The translations under genes were made by a program, and so were the position numbers. Shown in pieces: positions 28,966 to 38,657 of a DNA stretch of 64,000 bases (position 1 is the stretch's first letter; every line of letters starts with the position of its first letter). The notes below the pieces were generated by a model, which had not been told where the DNA came from, made no database searches, and worked only from the letters and a program-made list of their open reading frames with translations. Origin of the DNA: Actinomycetes bacterium. Lineage in GTDB: Bacteria > Actinomycetota > Actinomycetes > S36-B12 > UBA5976. The stretch is taken from assembly GCA_038145175.1 (NCBI GenBank), contig JAYQPE010000002.1, positions 21,048-85,047 on the forward strand, given 5' to 3'.

Positions 28966-30627
28966 TTAATTTGTTTTTGGATCATTTCCAGATAAAACAT
29001 CTGATGCATCCACAATTCGGTAGGCATATCCTTGTTCAGCCAAGAACCTTTGACGATGCGCTGCAAAGTCTGCATCAATTGTGTCTCTAGAAACTACTGC
29101 ATAAAATCTTGCAGTTCTGCCATCTGCTTTTGGTCTTAAAACTCGACCTAGTCTTTGAGCTTCTTCTTGTCTAGAACCAAATGAACCAGAAACTTGAATA
29201 GCAACACCTGCTTCGGGAAGGTCAAGTGAGAAGTTTGCAACTTTACTTACCACCAATACTTTTAAATCACCTGAGCGAAAACTTTCAAAAAGTTTTTCTC
29301 TGTCTTTAAGTGGAGTTGAACCATCAACAACGGGTGCGCCTAAATGTTGGCCAAGTTCTGCTAATTGATCTAAGTATTGCCCAATAACTAAAACACGATC
29401 ATCACTGTGTTTTGCAACTAAAGTTTCCACCACATTATTTTTAGATAAAGTAGTTGATGCTAAACGGTATTTATCTTCTCGTTCAGCAGTTGCATAAGTT
29501 AATCTTTCATGTTCTGGCAAAGTCACTCTTACTTCAACACAATCAGCTGGTGCGATCCAACCTTGATCTGCCATATCTTTCCAAGGTGCATCAAATCTTT
29601 TTGGACCGATTAAAGAAAAGACATCATCTTCTCTTCCATCTTCTCTAACCAAAGTTGCTGTTAAACCTAATCGTCTGCGAGATTGAATATCTGCTGTAAA
29701 TCTAAAAACAGGTGCTGGAAGAAGATGAACTTCATCATAAATAATTAAGCCCCAATTTTTTGCATCAAATAATTCAAGATGAGCGTAAGTTCCTTTTCTT
29801 TTGGTTGTTAAAACTTGATAAGTAGCAATTGTGACAGGTCTTATTTCTTTCTTGGCACCTGAATATTCACCGATTTCATCTTCGGTCAATGTAGTTCTTT
29901 TTAATAATTCACTTCGCCATTGTCTTGCCGAAACTGTATTGGTAACAAGAATTAAGGTGGTGGTTTTTAGTCTTGCCATGGCACTTGCCCCAACAATTGT
30001 TTTTCCAGCACCGCAAGGAAGTACAACTACACCAGAACCTCCATGAACAAAAGATTCAGCAGCAATATCTTGATAATTTCTTAATTCCCAACCTTTTTGA
30101 TCTAAGTCAATTGCATGGGCATCGCCATCAACATAACCTGCATAATCTTCTGCGGGCCAACCCAGTTTTAATAATTGTTGTTTAAGTTGTCCACGCTCTG
30201 ATGGGTGAACCACAATATTTTGATCATCAATTCTTTGACCAACTAGAGGTTGAATTCTTTTACTTCTTAAAATTTCTTCCATAACAGGAAGATCTTCACA
30301 ATGAAGAATTAAGCCGTGAGCTGGATCTTTTTTAAGACTTAAACGGCCATAACGATCCATTAATTCTGCAACGTCAACTAATAAACCGTGGGGAACTGCG
30401 TAGCGTGAATATTTAAGAAGTGTGTCAACCACACTTTCAGCATCTAATCCAGCAGCTCTGGCGTTCCATAAGCCAAGTGGTGTAATTCTGTAAGTGTGAA
30501 CGTGCTCGGGAGATCTTTCTAATTCAGCAAAAGGTGCAATTGCTCTTCTTGCTTCTTGAGCTAATGAGTGATCAATTTCTAATAAAAGAGTCTTATCACT
30601 TTGAACAATTAATGGACCATCAGTCAT
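28966..30627 (-). CDS. xpb: XPB/ERCC3-type SF2 DNA helicase
   Basis: It has an N-terminal damage-recognition-like domain, Walker A LPCGAGKT, motif II YDEVHLLPA, GLTATLVRED and the helicase C domain. It resembles Rv0861c as I recall it. Confidence 0.9.
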   Translation of the reverse strand: MTDGPLIVQSDKTLLLEIDHSLAQEARRAIAPFAELERSPEHVHTYRITPLGLWNARAAGLDAESVVDTLLKYSRYAVPHGLLVDVAELMDRYGRLSLKKDPAHGLILHCEDLPVMEEILRSKRIQPLVGQRIDDQNIVVHPSERGQLKQQLLKLGWPAEDYAGYVDGDAHAIDLDQKGWELRNYQDIAAESFVHGGSGVVVLPCGAGKTIVGASAMARLKTTTLILVTNTVSARQWRSELLKRTTLTEDEIGEYSGAKKEIRPVTIATYQVLTTKRKGTYAHLELFDAKNWGLIIYDEVHLLPAPVFRFTADIQSRRRLGLTATLVREDGREDDVFSLIGPKRFDAPWKDMADQGWIAPADCVEVRVTLPEHERLTYATAEREDKYRLASTTLSKNNVVETLVAKHSDDRVLVIGQYLDQLAELGQHLGAPVVDGSTPLKDREKLFESFRSGDLKVLVVSKVANFSLDLPEAGVAIQVSGSFGSRQEEAQRLGRVLRPKADGRTARFYAVVSRDTIDADFAAHRQRFLAEQGYAYRIVDASDVLSGNDPKTN

Positions 30628-32885
30628 TATTTTTTACCTTTTGCCACTCCTGCAATTCGAGAAATTGCATAATCTCTTATTCGTGAATCTGTTAAATCAA
30701 ATCCGGTTAATAAGCCACCTTCAAATCTAATCGGTTCAACTAAACGATCAGAACTTATTCCATGCGTGTCAATATAAGTAATCGTTAAAACAGCATCACT
30801 TGATTTAGTTCCAGATATAACTTGATCAATAACTTCTCTCAAAAGTTTTGCTGCTTCATTAGCAGGCATTTTTTCTGGCGTTTTAGTTGCAACTTCTGGC
30901 TTTGCTTTTGGATTTTCGCCAGCTTTTAAAGCTTTAATAGCTGCAGCTAAAAGAGCTGCATCTGGTGGCGCGCCATCTGGTGCTGGTCTTGGTCGTACTT
31001 TGACGATTGATCTTCTTTCATTCGGTGCTGGAACTGCATCATCAAGTGGTTCATCTATTTGTTTAATGTCACCTAATTTTCTAACCAAATCATTTATTAA
31101 ATATTCCAAGGGTTGAGGTATTTCAGTTGTGGAATATTTTTTTAAAAATTCAAGAATTTTTTCAGCAGAATAACCTCGCTGCATTGCTCTTTGTAAAGAA
31201 GTTTCTGTAAATCTATAAACTTGTGCAGCTCCACGAGATTCCTGATAGGCCATAATTCTTAACTCAGAAGCAACTTCTGCTGCAGGAGGTCCTGGTATTA
31301 CAGCAGTTAAATCTGCTTGCAAAACAAAATTAGAAATTGCATCAGGTAAGAGTGGTGAGATTGCTGAAACTAACATTTGATCTGGTTTAACTGCATAACC
31401 TTTTGGATCTGCTACTGCTGCTCTTGCTGCAGCAGTTCTTGCTTCTGGAGATGGCATTGTGTATCGCATTTCTCCTAGTGCTCTTCCAGTTGTGGCAAGA
31501 ACTCCTAATCCTCTAATTCCAATTACATTTGCTTCCAGCAAAATTGCGTTTACTAAAACTTCTATTTCTTCTTTTTCTTTCCTAGGTCTAAGCCAAGAAA
31601 CAAATTCAATAATTGATTCAGGATCTGGTTCAGATCCTGGAGTCAAAGATGACATGGCATCCAAAACCAAAGATCTAATTTCTGGTGCTAATGGTTTATC
31701 AACTTCTGGAGATAACGCATTAATTCTTATTTCGCCAACTTTTCCAACTAAAGAAGCAACTCTAGTTGTGGTCAACCAAGCTTCAGCCAAGATTGCCCAA
31801 CGTTCTTCAACTTTTTTAGTTCGCCAAACATCAAAAGCAGGAGTTGGTAACCAAACTTGTTCTTTTTCATCGCCTGCAGCTAACAATCCTGCAGAGTATG
31901 CAACTTCAGCCAAAAGTGCAGTTATATTTTCATCTTCATTGCAAATTTTTGAAGCGATAGTTAAATCTCGTTGAGCAAGTCCACCATTTCTTAAAACTTG
32001 GGGAGGAGTTTCACCCCAATTATCAAGAAGTTCTTCTACTAATTGAACAAATTGTAAACCAGCTCCACCTGCTGCACGATCTACTTGTTGAGGGTCTCTT
32101 TGTACTTTTGATTTAATTTCTTTTTTATTTGAAAGATCTTCAGGTAAATAATTTGGATGCCTTAACACTGTGGCAATTTCTCTAGGCAAAGTTAGGGCAT
32201 CGCGAGCAGTTGCAACTAAAACTCCATGGGCCATTAAGTATTCATGACCATTTTTAGCACTAGTAATTCCTGCATCTCTGTTTAATTTGGAAAGAGTAAT
32301 AACAGGTGGACCCCATAAAAGTTCATTTAACACTTTTTGAGTATCACTTGGACCTTTTTCAATAATTTGAGTTAGACGCTCTTTACTTGCTAAAGCATCA
32401 AGATCTGGTCTTTCATGAATAAAGGTTGGACCAAATCCTGCAGGATGTGGTGCTACAACTTCCTTTAATACCGGAACACAACGCATTCCATTATCTGTAC
32501 CCCAAATGATTGCTAAAAGTTTTAATTTATCTAGGGCTTCATCTATTTTTTCATTATTGTTTAAAACATTTTGTAAATCTTTTTTGGTAAATACTTCATC
32601 AAGTACCGAAATTATTTCTGCTACTCCAACAGTCCATGCATCTAAACGATCAAGGACTCTTGTAACGGATGAATTAGTTGCTGCTCTTGCGGCAAGTTTT
32701 GCCATGTCAGTTGGAACAGGATGTACTAAATCTGGTCTTTGGATAAGCATTAAACGTAAAGAGTGTTCGTCTTGGATACGAAGCGCATCAACCAAAGTGC
32801 CTGGATCTTGGGCAGTTTCTTTGGAAGTTTTTTTGTCGTCTTTGGATTTAGTCGCCTTAGGGCTTGCGGCAGTTTTTGGAGACAT
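30627..32885 (-). CDS. 752-aa helicase-associated protein of unknown function (XPB partner, Rv0862c-like)
   Basis: It is a long uninterrupted ORF whose stop overlaps the xpb start (TAATG). The N-terminus is Lys/Ser-rich and looks disordered. I recognise no catalytic motif. Confidence 0.7.
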   Translation of the reverse strand: MSPKTAASPKATKSKDDKKTSKETAQDPGTLVDALRIQDEHSLRLMLIQRPDLVHPVPTDMAKLAARAATNSSVTRVLDRLDAWTVGVAEIISVLDEVFTKKDLQNVLNNNEKIDEALDKLKLLAIIWGTDNGMRCVPVLKEVVAPHPAGFGPTFIHERPDLDALASKERLTQIIEKGPSDTQKVLNELLWGPPVITLSKLNRDAGITSAKNGHEYLMAHGVLVATARDALTLPREIATVLRHPNYLPEDLSNKKEIKSKVQRDPQQVDRAAGGAGLQFVQLVEELLDNWGETPPQVLRNGGLAQRDLTIASKICNEDENITALLAEVAYSAGLLAAGDEKEQVWLPTPAFDVWRTKKVEERWAILAEAWLTTTRVASLVGKVGEIRINALSPEVDKPLAPEIRSLVLDAMSSLTPGSEPDPESIIEFVSWLRPRKEKEEIEVLVNAILLEANVIGIRGLGVLATTGRALGEMRYTMPSPEARTAAARAAVADPKGYAVKPDQMLVSAISPLLPDAISNFVLQADLTAVIPGPPAAEVASELRIMAYQESRGAAQVYRFTETSLQRAMQRGYSAEKILEFLKKYSTTEIPQPLEYLINDLVRKLGDIKQIDEPLDDAVPAPNERRSIVKVRPRPAPDGAPPDAALLAAAIKALKAGENPKAKPEVATKTPEKMPANEAAKLLREVIDQVISGTKSSDAVLTITYIDTHGISSDRLVEPIRFEGGLLTGFDLTDSRIRDYAISRIAGVAKGKK

Positions 32886-33050
32886 CCGGACAAGTTTACC
32901 GAAGTAAGTTAGCGGGGGTTTTGGCCAGCCCGTTTGTTTCTATGTTGTATACGCGGAGTTATGAGGTAGAAATCGGATTCGCTACCCTAGAGATTACGAC
33001 TAAAACAGGTCGCAAAGAAGAAACTACTAATTAATTAGAGGTGATTGCTC

Positions 33051-33431
33051 GTGCCAACAGGAAAAGTGAAATGGTACGACGTGGAAAAAGGTTTCGGATT
33101 TTTAGAAACCGATGAAGGCGAAGATGTTTTCGTTCACGTAACTGCATTGCCTGATGGTGTTATTCCAAAACCTGGAACTCGTGTTGAATTTGGTGTTGCC
33201 GAAGGAAGACGTGGCACACAAGCTTTACAAGTAAAAATTTTAGAAACTCCACCAAGCTTGGCTAAAGCTGGCAGAAAAGATACAGATGATATGGCTGCAA
33301 CTTTAGAAGATGTAATCAAATTGTTGGATGGTGTTTCAAATCAATTGCGCAGAGGTCGCTATCCAGATGATTCTTCTGCAAGTAAAATTGCTGCAGTCTT
33401 AAGAGCTGTTGCAAACGATTTAGACGCCTAA
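33051..33431 (+). CDS. cold-shock domain protein with about 60-aa C-terminal extension (CspB/Rv0871-like)
   Basis: It has canonical RNP1 KGFGFL and RNP2 VFVHV. I prefer the GTG at 33051, which is 6 nt after GAGGTGA, over the TTG at 33045. Confidence 0.85.
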   Translation: MPTGKVKWYDVEKGFGFLETDEGEDVFVHVTALPDGVIPKPGTRVEFGVAEGRRGTQALQVKILETPPSLAKAGRKDTDDMAATLEDVIKLLDGVSNQLRRGRYPDDSSASKIAAVLRAVANDLDA

Positions 33432-33458
33432 CTAATACGAAACGTAGAAAAATAAATC

Positions 33459-34301
33459 GTGGCAACTGCTTTAGAAAATAAATTAAATAAAGCAAAAGAT
33501 TTTGCTCGCGAACAATTAGTTGAAGAAATCACCGACCAAAGAGTTGGTGAATATTTAGGTTTTATTTCAGAAGATGAAAATGTTTTAACCCATAAATTTA
33601 AATGTGTTGATAAAGCATATGCAGGTTGGTATTGGGCAGTAACACTTGCATTAAGTGCTGAAGATAGTAATGTGACAGTTTCGGAAATTGTTTTAATTCC
33701 TGGAGACGGAGCTTTACTTGCAAAAGCTTGGATTCCTTGGGAACAAAGAGTTGAACCAGGAGATATTGGGGTTGGCGATGTGTTACCAACACCCAAAACT
33801 GATGAAAGATTAGTTTCTGGTTATTCAGGTGTTGAGGATTTATTTGAAGAAACATTAACTCCACAAGGTTTTGAAATTGGTTTTGCACGAGAAAGAGTTT
33901 TATCAGTATTTGGTAAAGATCAAACTGCAGAACGTTGGCACAGTGCAGATCGTGGGCCAAATGCAGCAATTGCTGAAGCAGTAAATGAAAAGTGTTTTAG
34001 TTGCGGATTTTATGTTTCACTTTCTGGCTCTTTAGGTCAAATGTTTGGAGTTTGTACTAACAAGTTTTCGGTTGAAGATGGAAAAGTTGTTTCACTAGAT
34101 CATGGCTGTGGTGGACACAGTGAAATTGTGGCAACTCTTCATTCAATTCCAACTGGAGAAACAGTTTTGGATGATGAAAATCTTGATGACCAAATGGAAG
34201 TTGAAGTAGAAGAAGATATCGCAGATTTAGAAGTTGATGATTTAGATACCGAAAATGATCTTATTGATGAAGCAGAGCTTGAGGAAGAAAGTACTAACTA
34301 G
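33459..34301 (+). CDS. DUF3027-like protein with Cys/His cluster and acidic tail
   Basis: It contains CFSCGFY...FGVCTN...LDHGCGGHSE and a strongly acidic C-terminus (DDENLDDQMEVEVEEDIADLEVDDLD...). It has a GTG start. Confidence 0.68.
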   Translation: MATALENKLNKAKDFAREQLVEEITDQRVGEYLGFISEDENVLTHKFKCVDKAYAGWYWAVTLALSAEDSNVTVSEIVLIPGDGALLAKAWIPWEQRVEPGDIGVGDVLPTPKTDERLVSGYSGVEDLFEETLTPQGFEIGFARERVLSVFGKDQTAERWHSADRGPNAAIAEAVNEKCFSCGFYVSLSGSLGQMFGVCTNKFSVEDGKVVSLDHGCGGHSEIVATLHSIPTGETVLDDENLDDQMEVEVEEDIADLEVDDLDTENDLIDEAELEEESTN

Positions 34302-34527
34302 TTTTCTTTAGTCTTTTTTGGCGTCTAAATAAGATTCTTAAACCTAATAAGCCTAGAAAAAATCCTAAAACTGTCACTCTTAAAGCTTGAGTTGAATCGA
34401 CATTTCCTGTTATTGAAGGATTTATAAAAATTATGATAGTCGCTAAAAAGAAAAGAATTGTTCCTAAAGTCACTTGAAAAATTCCAGAGGTTTCAAGTGG
34501 TTTTATTTTAGGCGAATTATTGTTCAT
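34294..34527 (-). CDS. small 2-TM membrane protein (DUF2530-like)
   Basis: The 77-aa product has two hydrophobic helices and a basic C-terminus. The family guess is weak. Confidence 0.4.
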   Translation of the reverse strand: MNNNSPKIKPLETSGIFQVTLGTILFFLATIIIFINPSITGNVDSTQALRVTVLGFFLGLLGLRILFRRQKRLKKTS

Positions 34528-34611
34528 TTATCCTCTGCTTTTGTAAAGATTACTCACATCCATTTAATCATTGCATAACACTTGAGAGTTGATGTGAGAT
34601 AATTAAGTCAT

Positions 34612-34959
34612 ATGAAATTTTTGTTTAAAATCGTAGGAATTGCAATTGGGGTTTGGATAACCACCATGTTGATACCGGGAATCGAAGTTACCGGCGGGTT
34701 AAAAAACTATCTAGTAATCGCTTTAGTTTTAGCGGTAATTAATGCCACTTTAGGAACCTTATTAAAAGTTTTAACCATGCCACTTGCATTTTTGACATTA
34801 GGATTATCGCTTTTAGTTGTAAATACGGCGATGCTTTTAATTACTGATCGATTATCAGATTCTTTAAGTATTCAAGGATTTTGGACCGCATTTTTTGGCG
34901 CAATTCTAATTGCAATAATTTCTAGCATGTTTGCTCAAATTACGAGTAAACGAATTTAA
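34612..34959 (+). CDS. 4-TM membrane protein, phage holin family IV / DUF360 (YvlD-like)
   Basis: The 115-aa product contains IAIGVWITTMLIPGIEV...VINATLGTLLKVLTMPLAFLTLGL. Confidence 0.62.
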   Translation: MKFLFKIVGIAIGVWITTMLIPGIEVTGGLKNYLVIALVLAVINATLGTLLKVLTMPLAFLTLGLSLLVVNTAMLLITDRLSDSLSIQGFWTAFFGAILIAIISSMFAQITSKRI

Positions 34960-34973
34960 GTAAAGAATATAAT

Positions 34974-36302
34974 TTGACATTTATTAAATTGGGAGTAAAT
35001 CCTGCGCTAGTTAAAACTTTAAATAAAATGGAAATTATTGAACCATTTCCAATCCAAGTTAAAGCTTTACCTGATGCTATAAATGGGAAAGATGTTTTAG
35101 GTAGAGGACAAACTGGTTCTGGTAAAACTTTAGCTTTTGGTTTAGCCGTATTAACAAAACTTGCCAATAGAAAAGCCAGAGCACATCATCCTTTAGCAAT
35201 TATTTTGTCTCCCACTAGAGAATTAGCAATGCAAATAAATGATGTGATTAATTCTTTAGCACCATCTGTGCATTTAAGTTCCAGGTTAGTTGCAGGTGGA
35301 ATGCCTTATGGCGCACAAATTCAAGCTTTAAGAAAAGCAGTGCCGATTTTGGTTTCAACTCCAGGCAGATTAATGGATCTTATGGAAAAGAAGCACGTTG
35401 TTTTAGATGAAGTAGAAATTGTGGTTTTAGATGAAGCAGATCAAATGGCAGATATGGGTTTCTTACCAGACATGAAAGCAATTTTGGATGCTTGTAAAAA
35501 GAAAGGCCAAAGATTACTTTTTTCTGCAACATTAGATAGAGATGTTGATGTTTTAGTAAAAAAATATTTACATAACCCTGTTGTTCACTCCGTTGATTCA
35601 GATAAAGCAAGTGTTTCCACAATGTCTCATCATGTTTTAGTAATTCATCCAAATGATAAAGATGAAATTGTGGCAAATATTGCAGCTCGTGATGGTAAAA
35701 CAATTATGTTTGTTAAAACTCAACATGGAGCAGATAAGCTTTCAACACGATTAGCGGCTCAAGGAATTCCAGTTGGATCTTTGCATGGAGGAAAATCACA
35801 AGCTGTTAGAACTAAAACTTTAGCTAAATTTAAATCAGGACAGGTAAATACTTTAGTTGCAACAGATGTGGCAGCTAGAGGAATTCACGTTGAAGATATT
35901 TCATTAGTAGTTCATATTGATCCACCGCAAAAAGCTAAAGACTATTTACACAGAGCAGGAAGAACCGCTCGAGCTGGAGAATCTGGGTTGGTTGTTACTT
36001 TATGTAATTTGAAACAACAAAACACAATAAGAAAATTAATGACCCATGTAGGAATTAATCCTAAATTTGTCAGGATTAAACCAACTAGTCCTGAATTAAG
36101 AGAAATAACAGGTGCTAAAAAACCAAGTGGAGTTGCTTGGGTGCCATCTGTTGAACAACACAAAGATAAAGAGAAAAGTTTTAAAAGAGATAGAAATAAG
36201 AACAGAAATCGAAGCAGAGGAAGAAATCAAGGTAGAAATAGAAAAAATAGATTTAATGATAAAAACAAGAAAAGAAAGACTTTTAGAAGTAATTCAAACT
36301 AG
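34974..36302 (+). CDS. DEAD-box ATP-dependent RNA helicase with Arg/Asn/Lys-rich tail
   Basis: The Q-motif PFPIQ, GRGQTGSGKT, PTRELA, LDEADQM, SAT and HRAGRTARAG are present. It has a TTG start. Confidence 0.94.
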   Translation: MTFIKLGVNPALVKTLNKMEIIEPFPIQVKALPDAINGKDVLGRGQTGSGKTLAFGLAVLTKLANRKARAHHPLAIILSPTRELAMQINDVINSLAPSVHLSSRLVAGGMPYGAQIQALRKAVPILVSTPGRLMDLMEKKHVVLDEVEIVVLDEADQMADMGFLPDMKAILDACKKKGQRLLFSATLDRDVDVLVKKYLHNPVVHSVDSDKASVSTMSHHVLVIHPNDKDEIVANIAARDGKTIMFVKTQHGADKLSTRLAAQGIPVGSLHGGKSQAVRTKTLAKFKSGQVNTLVATDVAARGIHVEDISLVVHIDPPQKAKDYLHRAGRTARAGESGLVVTLCNLKQQNTIRKLMTHVGINPKFVRIKPTSPELREITGAKKPSGVAWVPSVEQHKDKEKSFKRDRNKNRNRSRGRNQGRNRKNRFNDKNKKRKTFRSNSN

Positions 36303-36903
36303 AGCGAATTAGCTCAATTCCTAGCACTAAAAGTAATATTGAAGCAATTCTTACCAACAACTTATATAGCCAAGTCGGCATTTTATTTCTTGATGAACCA
36401 ATTCCAAAAGCAAGTAAAACTTTACTTCCAATAAGTAGTAAATAGAAACCAAATAGAAAACCTGCAGCATCAACTAGACTTTGATTCCACCCACTAATTA
36501 GTAATGTTCCACCTGCTGTCATCCAAAAAAGCCAAGCCGATGGATTTATGAAATTTGTTAAAACAGCCTTAAATAAAGTAGTTTTTGTTGAGCCAATTGA
36601 TTTATCTTTATTTATAAAATCTTGTGGATTACTTTTTCCTGCTACCCATGATTCATAAGCAAAATAAAATAAAACAATTGACCCTACAATGCTTAGAAAA
36701 CCTAAAGCTGAGTTATTGATTTGTCGCAAAATAAAAAGTGACACCACGATTATGGGTAAATCTGTAATGAGTGGGGATAATGCGACTCTTAATCCATGGG
36801 AGGTTCCGCCTCTTAAAGAAGCAGAAATTACAAGTGCAAGTAATGGACCAGGAGCAAAACCAACACCAAGTCCAAGAAGTAAACCTTGGATTAAATATTC
36901 CAT
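36283..36903 (-). CDS. LysE/RhtB-family amino-acid exporter
   Basis: The start is placed at MEYLIQGLLLGLGVGFAPGP (ATG at 36903), 4 nt after the upstream stop. The product has 6 TM helices. Confidence 0.78.
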   Translation of the reverse strand: MEYLIQGLLLGLGVGFAPGPLLALVISASLRGGTSHGLRVALSPLITDLPIIVVSLFILRQINNSALGFLSIVGSIVLFYFAYESWVAGKSNPQDFINKDKSIGSTKTTLFKAVLTNFINPSAWLFWMTAGGTLLISGWNQSLVDAAGFLFGFYLLLIGSKVLLAFGIGSSRNKMPTWLYKLLVRIASILLLVLGIELIRSSLNYF

Positions 36904-36907
36904 TGAA

Positions 36908-38533
36908 TTAATGCGAAACTGGAGCAGTTTCTCCACGTTCACTTAATTTATTGTTTGGCGTAAGGATTGCAAAAATTATCGAAGCAGAAACCACAATTGC
37001 TCCAATCCAAAATACATGCGTCATGGAATTTGCAAAGCCTTCCAAAATAGGATGAATCAAAGTCCTATTTGCAGAAGCTAACCAAGAAGTGTCATCAAAT
37101 GTTGCCTGACCTGTTTGCAAAGCTTGTAATTGTTGCACGGTTGAAACATTGTTTGGATCCATAAGTGCTTTTTGATATTCCGGATTTGTTACTGAATTTT
37201 GAAATGCAGATTGGGTTTCATTACCAACTCTTCCAAACAAAATCGAAATAAATGCAGCAGTTCCAACCGTTGCTCCTAATTGTCTAAACAAAGTCACAGA
37301 AGAAGTAGCTACTCCTAAATCTCTTTTAGCGACAGCATTTTGAACTGCTATGACAGTTGGTTGAAGTACGTGGCCTAATCCAACACCAAAAAGATAAGAC
37401 AATATTGCAATCCACCAATATTTAGTATCAGCATTGAAAGTCGTCATTAAAAATAAAGTAGCAGTTAAAAGTATTGTTCCAATAACTGGAAAAATTTTAT
37501 ATTTTCCAGTTTTTGAAATAACCCTTCCTGAAATAATTGAACCTGTCATAATACCAAGTGTTAAAGGCAATAATTCAAGTCCAGCTTTTGTTGGAGAAGA
37601 TCCACCAACTATTTGAAGATAAAGTGGGAGCATGGCTAGTCCGCCAAACATTCCAGCTCCAGTAATTACACCCACAACTGAAATAAGTGAAAATGTTTTA
37701 TCCTTAAATAATCTCAAAGGCAGAATTGCTTCATCTTTCATTCTGTTTTCAAAAATCACAAACAGAATTAAACTTGTAATACCAATTAAGTAACAAGCAA
37801 TAGATTCAACACTTGTCCAACCCCAAATTCTACCCTCTTGCGCAACTAAAAGTAATGGAATTAAACCCACTGTTAAAGTAATTGCACCTAGCCAATCAAT
37901 TGAGTGATTTACTCTTTGAAAGTTTGGAATATGTAAAGTTCTTCCCACGATAAATAGTGCAATCAGACCTATTGGAACGTTTACTAAAAACACCCAACGC
38001 CAACCAGTTATTCCAATAATTGAATTTTGTCCTGCAAAAAATCCACCAATTACTGGACCTAAGACACTTGATGAACCAAATACAGCAATGAAATAACCCT
38101 GATACTTTGAACGTTCTCGGGGCGGAACTATGTCACCAATAATTGCTAAGGCAAGAGTAAATAAGCCACCTGCGCCTAATCCTTGTATTGCACGATAAAT
38201 AGCCAAGTTATACATCGAAGTTGCAAATGCACTTAAGGCAGAACCAATTATGAAAATTGATATTGCCCAAATAAAAAGTGGTTTTCTACCAAAAATATCA
38301 CTTAATTTTCCATACAAAGGTGTTGTGATTGTTGAGGTAATTAAATAAGCAGTGGTGGCCCAAGCTTGCAGAGACAATCCATTTAAATCATCCCCAATTG
38401 TTTTAATTGCCGTAGCAACAATGGTTTGATCAAGGGCGGCTAAAAACAAGCCAGACATTAACCCGACGAGAATTGGAACTATTTGTTTATGATCTAAATA
38501 AGTCGTTTCTACTTTTTCTGTATTCTCATTCAT
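36908..38533 (-). CDS. MFS transporter, 14-TMS DHA2 (EmrB/QacA-like) type
   Basis: The 541-aa product contains LDQTIVATA, GKLSDIFGRKP and about 14 hydrophobic segments. Confidence 0.85.
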   Translation of the reverse strand: MNENTEKVETTYLDHKQIVPILVGLMSGLFLAALDQTIVATAIKTIGDDLNGLSLQAWATTAYLITSTITTPLYGKLSDIFGRKPLFIWAISIFIIGSALSAFATSMYNLAIYRAIQGLGAGGLFTLALAIIGDIVPPRERSKYQGYFIAVFGSSSVLGPVIGGFFAGQNSIIGITGWRWVFLVNVPIGLIALFIVGRTLHIPNFQRVNHSIDWLGAITLTVGLIPLLLVAQEGRIWGWTSVESIACYLIGITSLILFVIFENRMKDEAILPLRLFKDKTFSLISVVGVITGAGMFGGLAMLPLYLQIVGGSSPTKAGLELLPLTLGIMTGSIISGRVISKTGKYKIFPVIGTILLTATLFLMTTFNADTKYWWIAILSYLFGVGLGHVLQPTVIAVQNAVAKRDLGVATSSVTLFRQLGATVGTAAFISILFGRVGNETQSAFQNSVTNPEYQKALMDPNNVSTVQQLQALQTGQATFDDTSWLASANRTLIHPILEGFANSMTHVFWIGAIVVSASIIFAILTPNNKLSERGETAPVSH

Positions 38534-38657
38534 TTAAGTAACTAATCTCTCTTCTTTTTTGTTAAACGCGACCCCATAATTCTAGTGAATTAACCTTAAA
38601 GTGCCTTACAAGTGCTTCAGAAACACGCTCAAAACCTAGTTGAATTATTATTACAAC

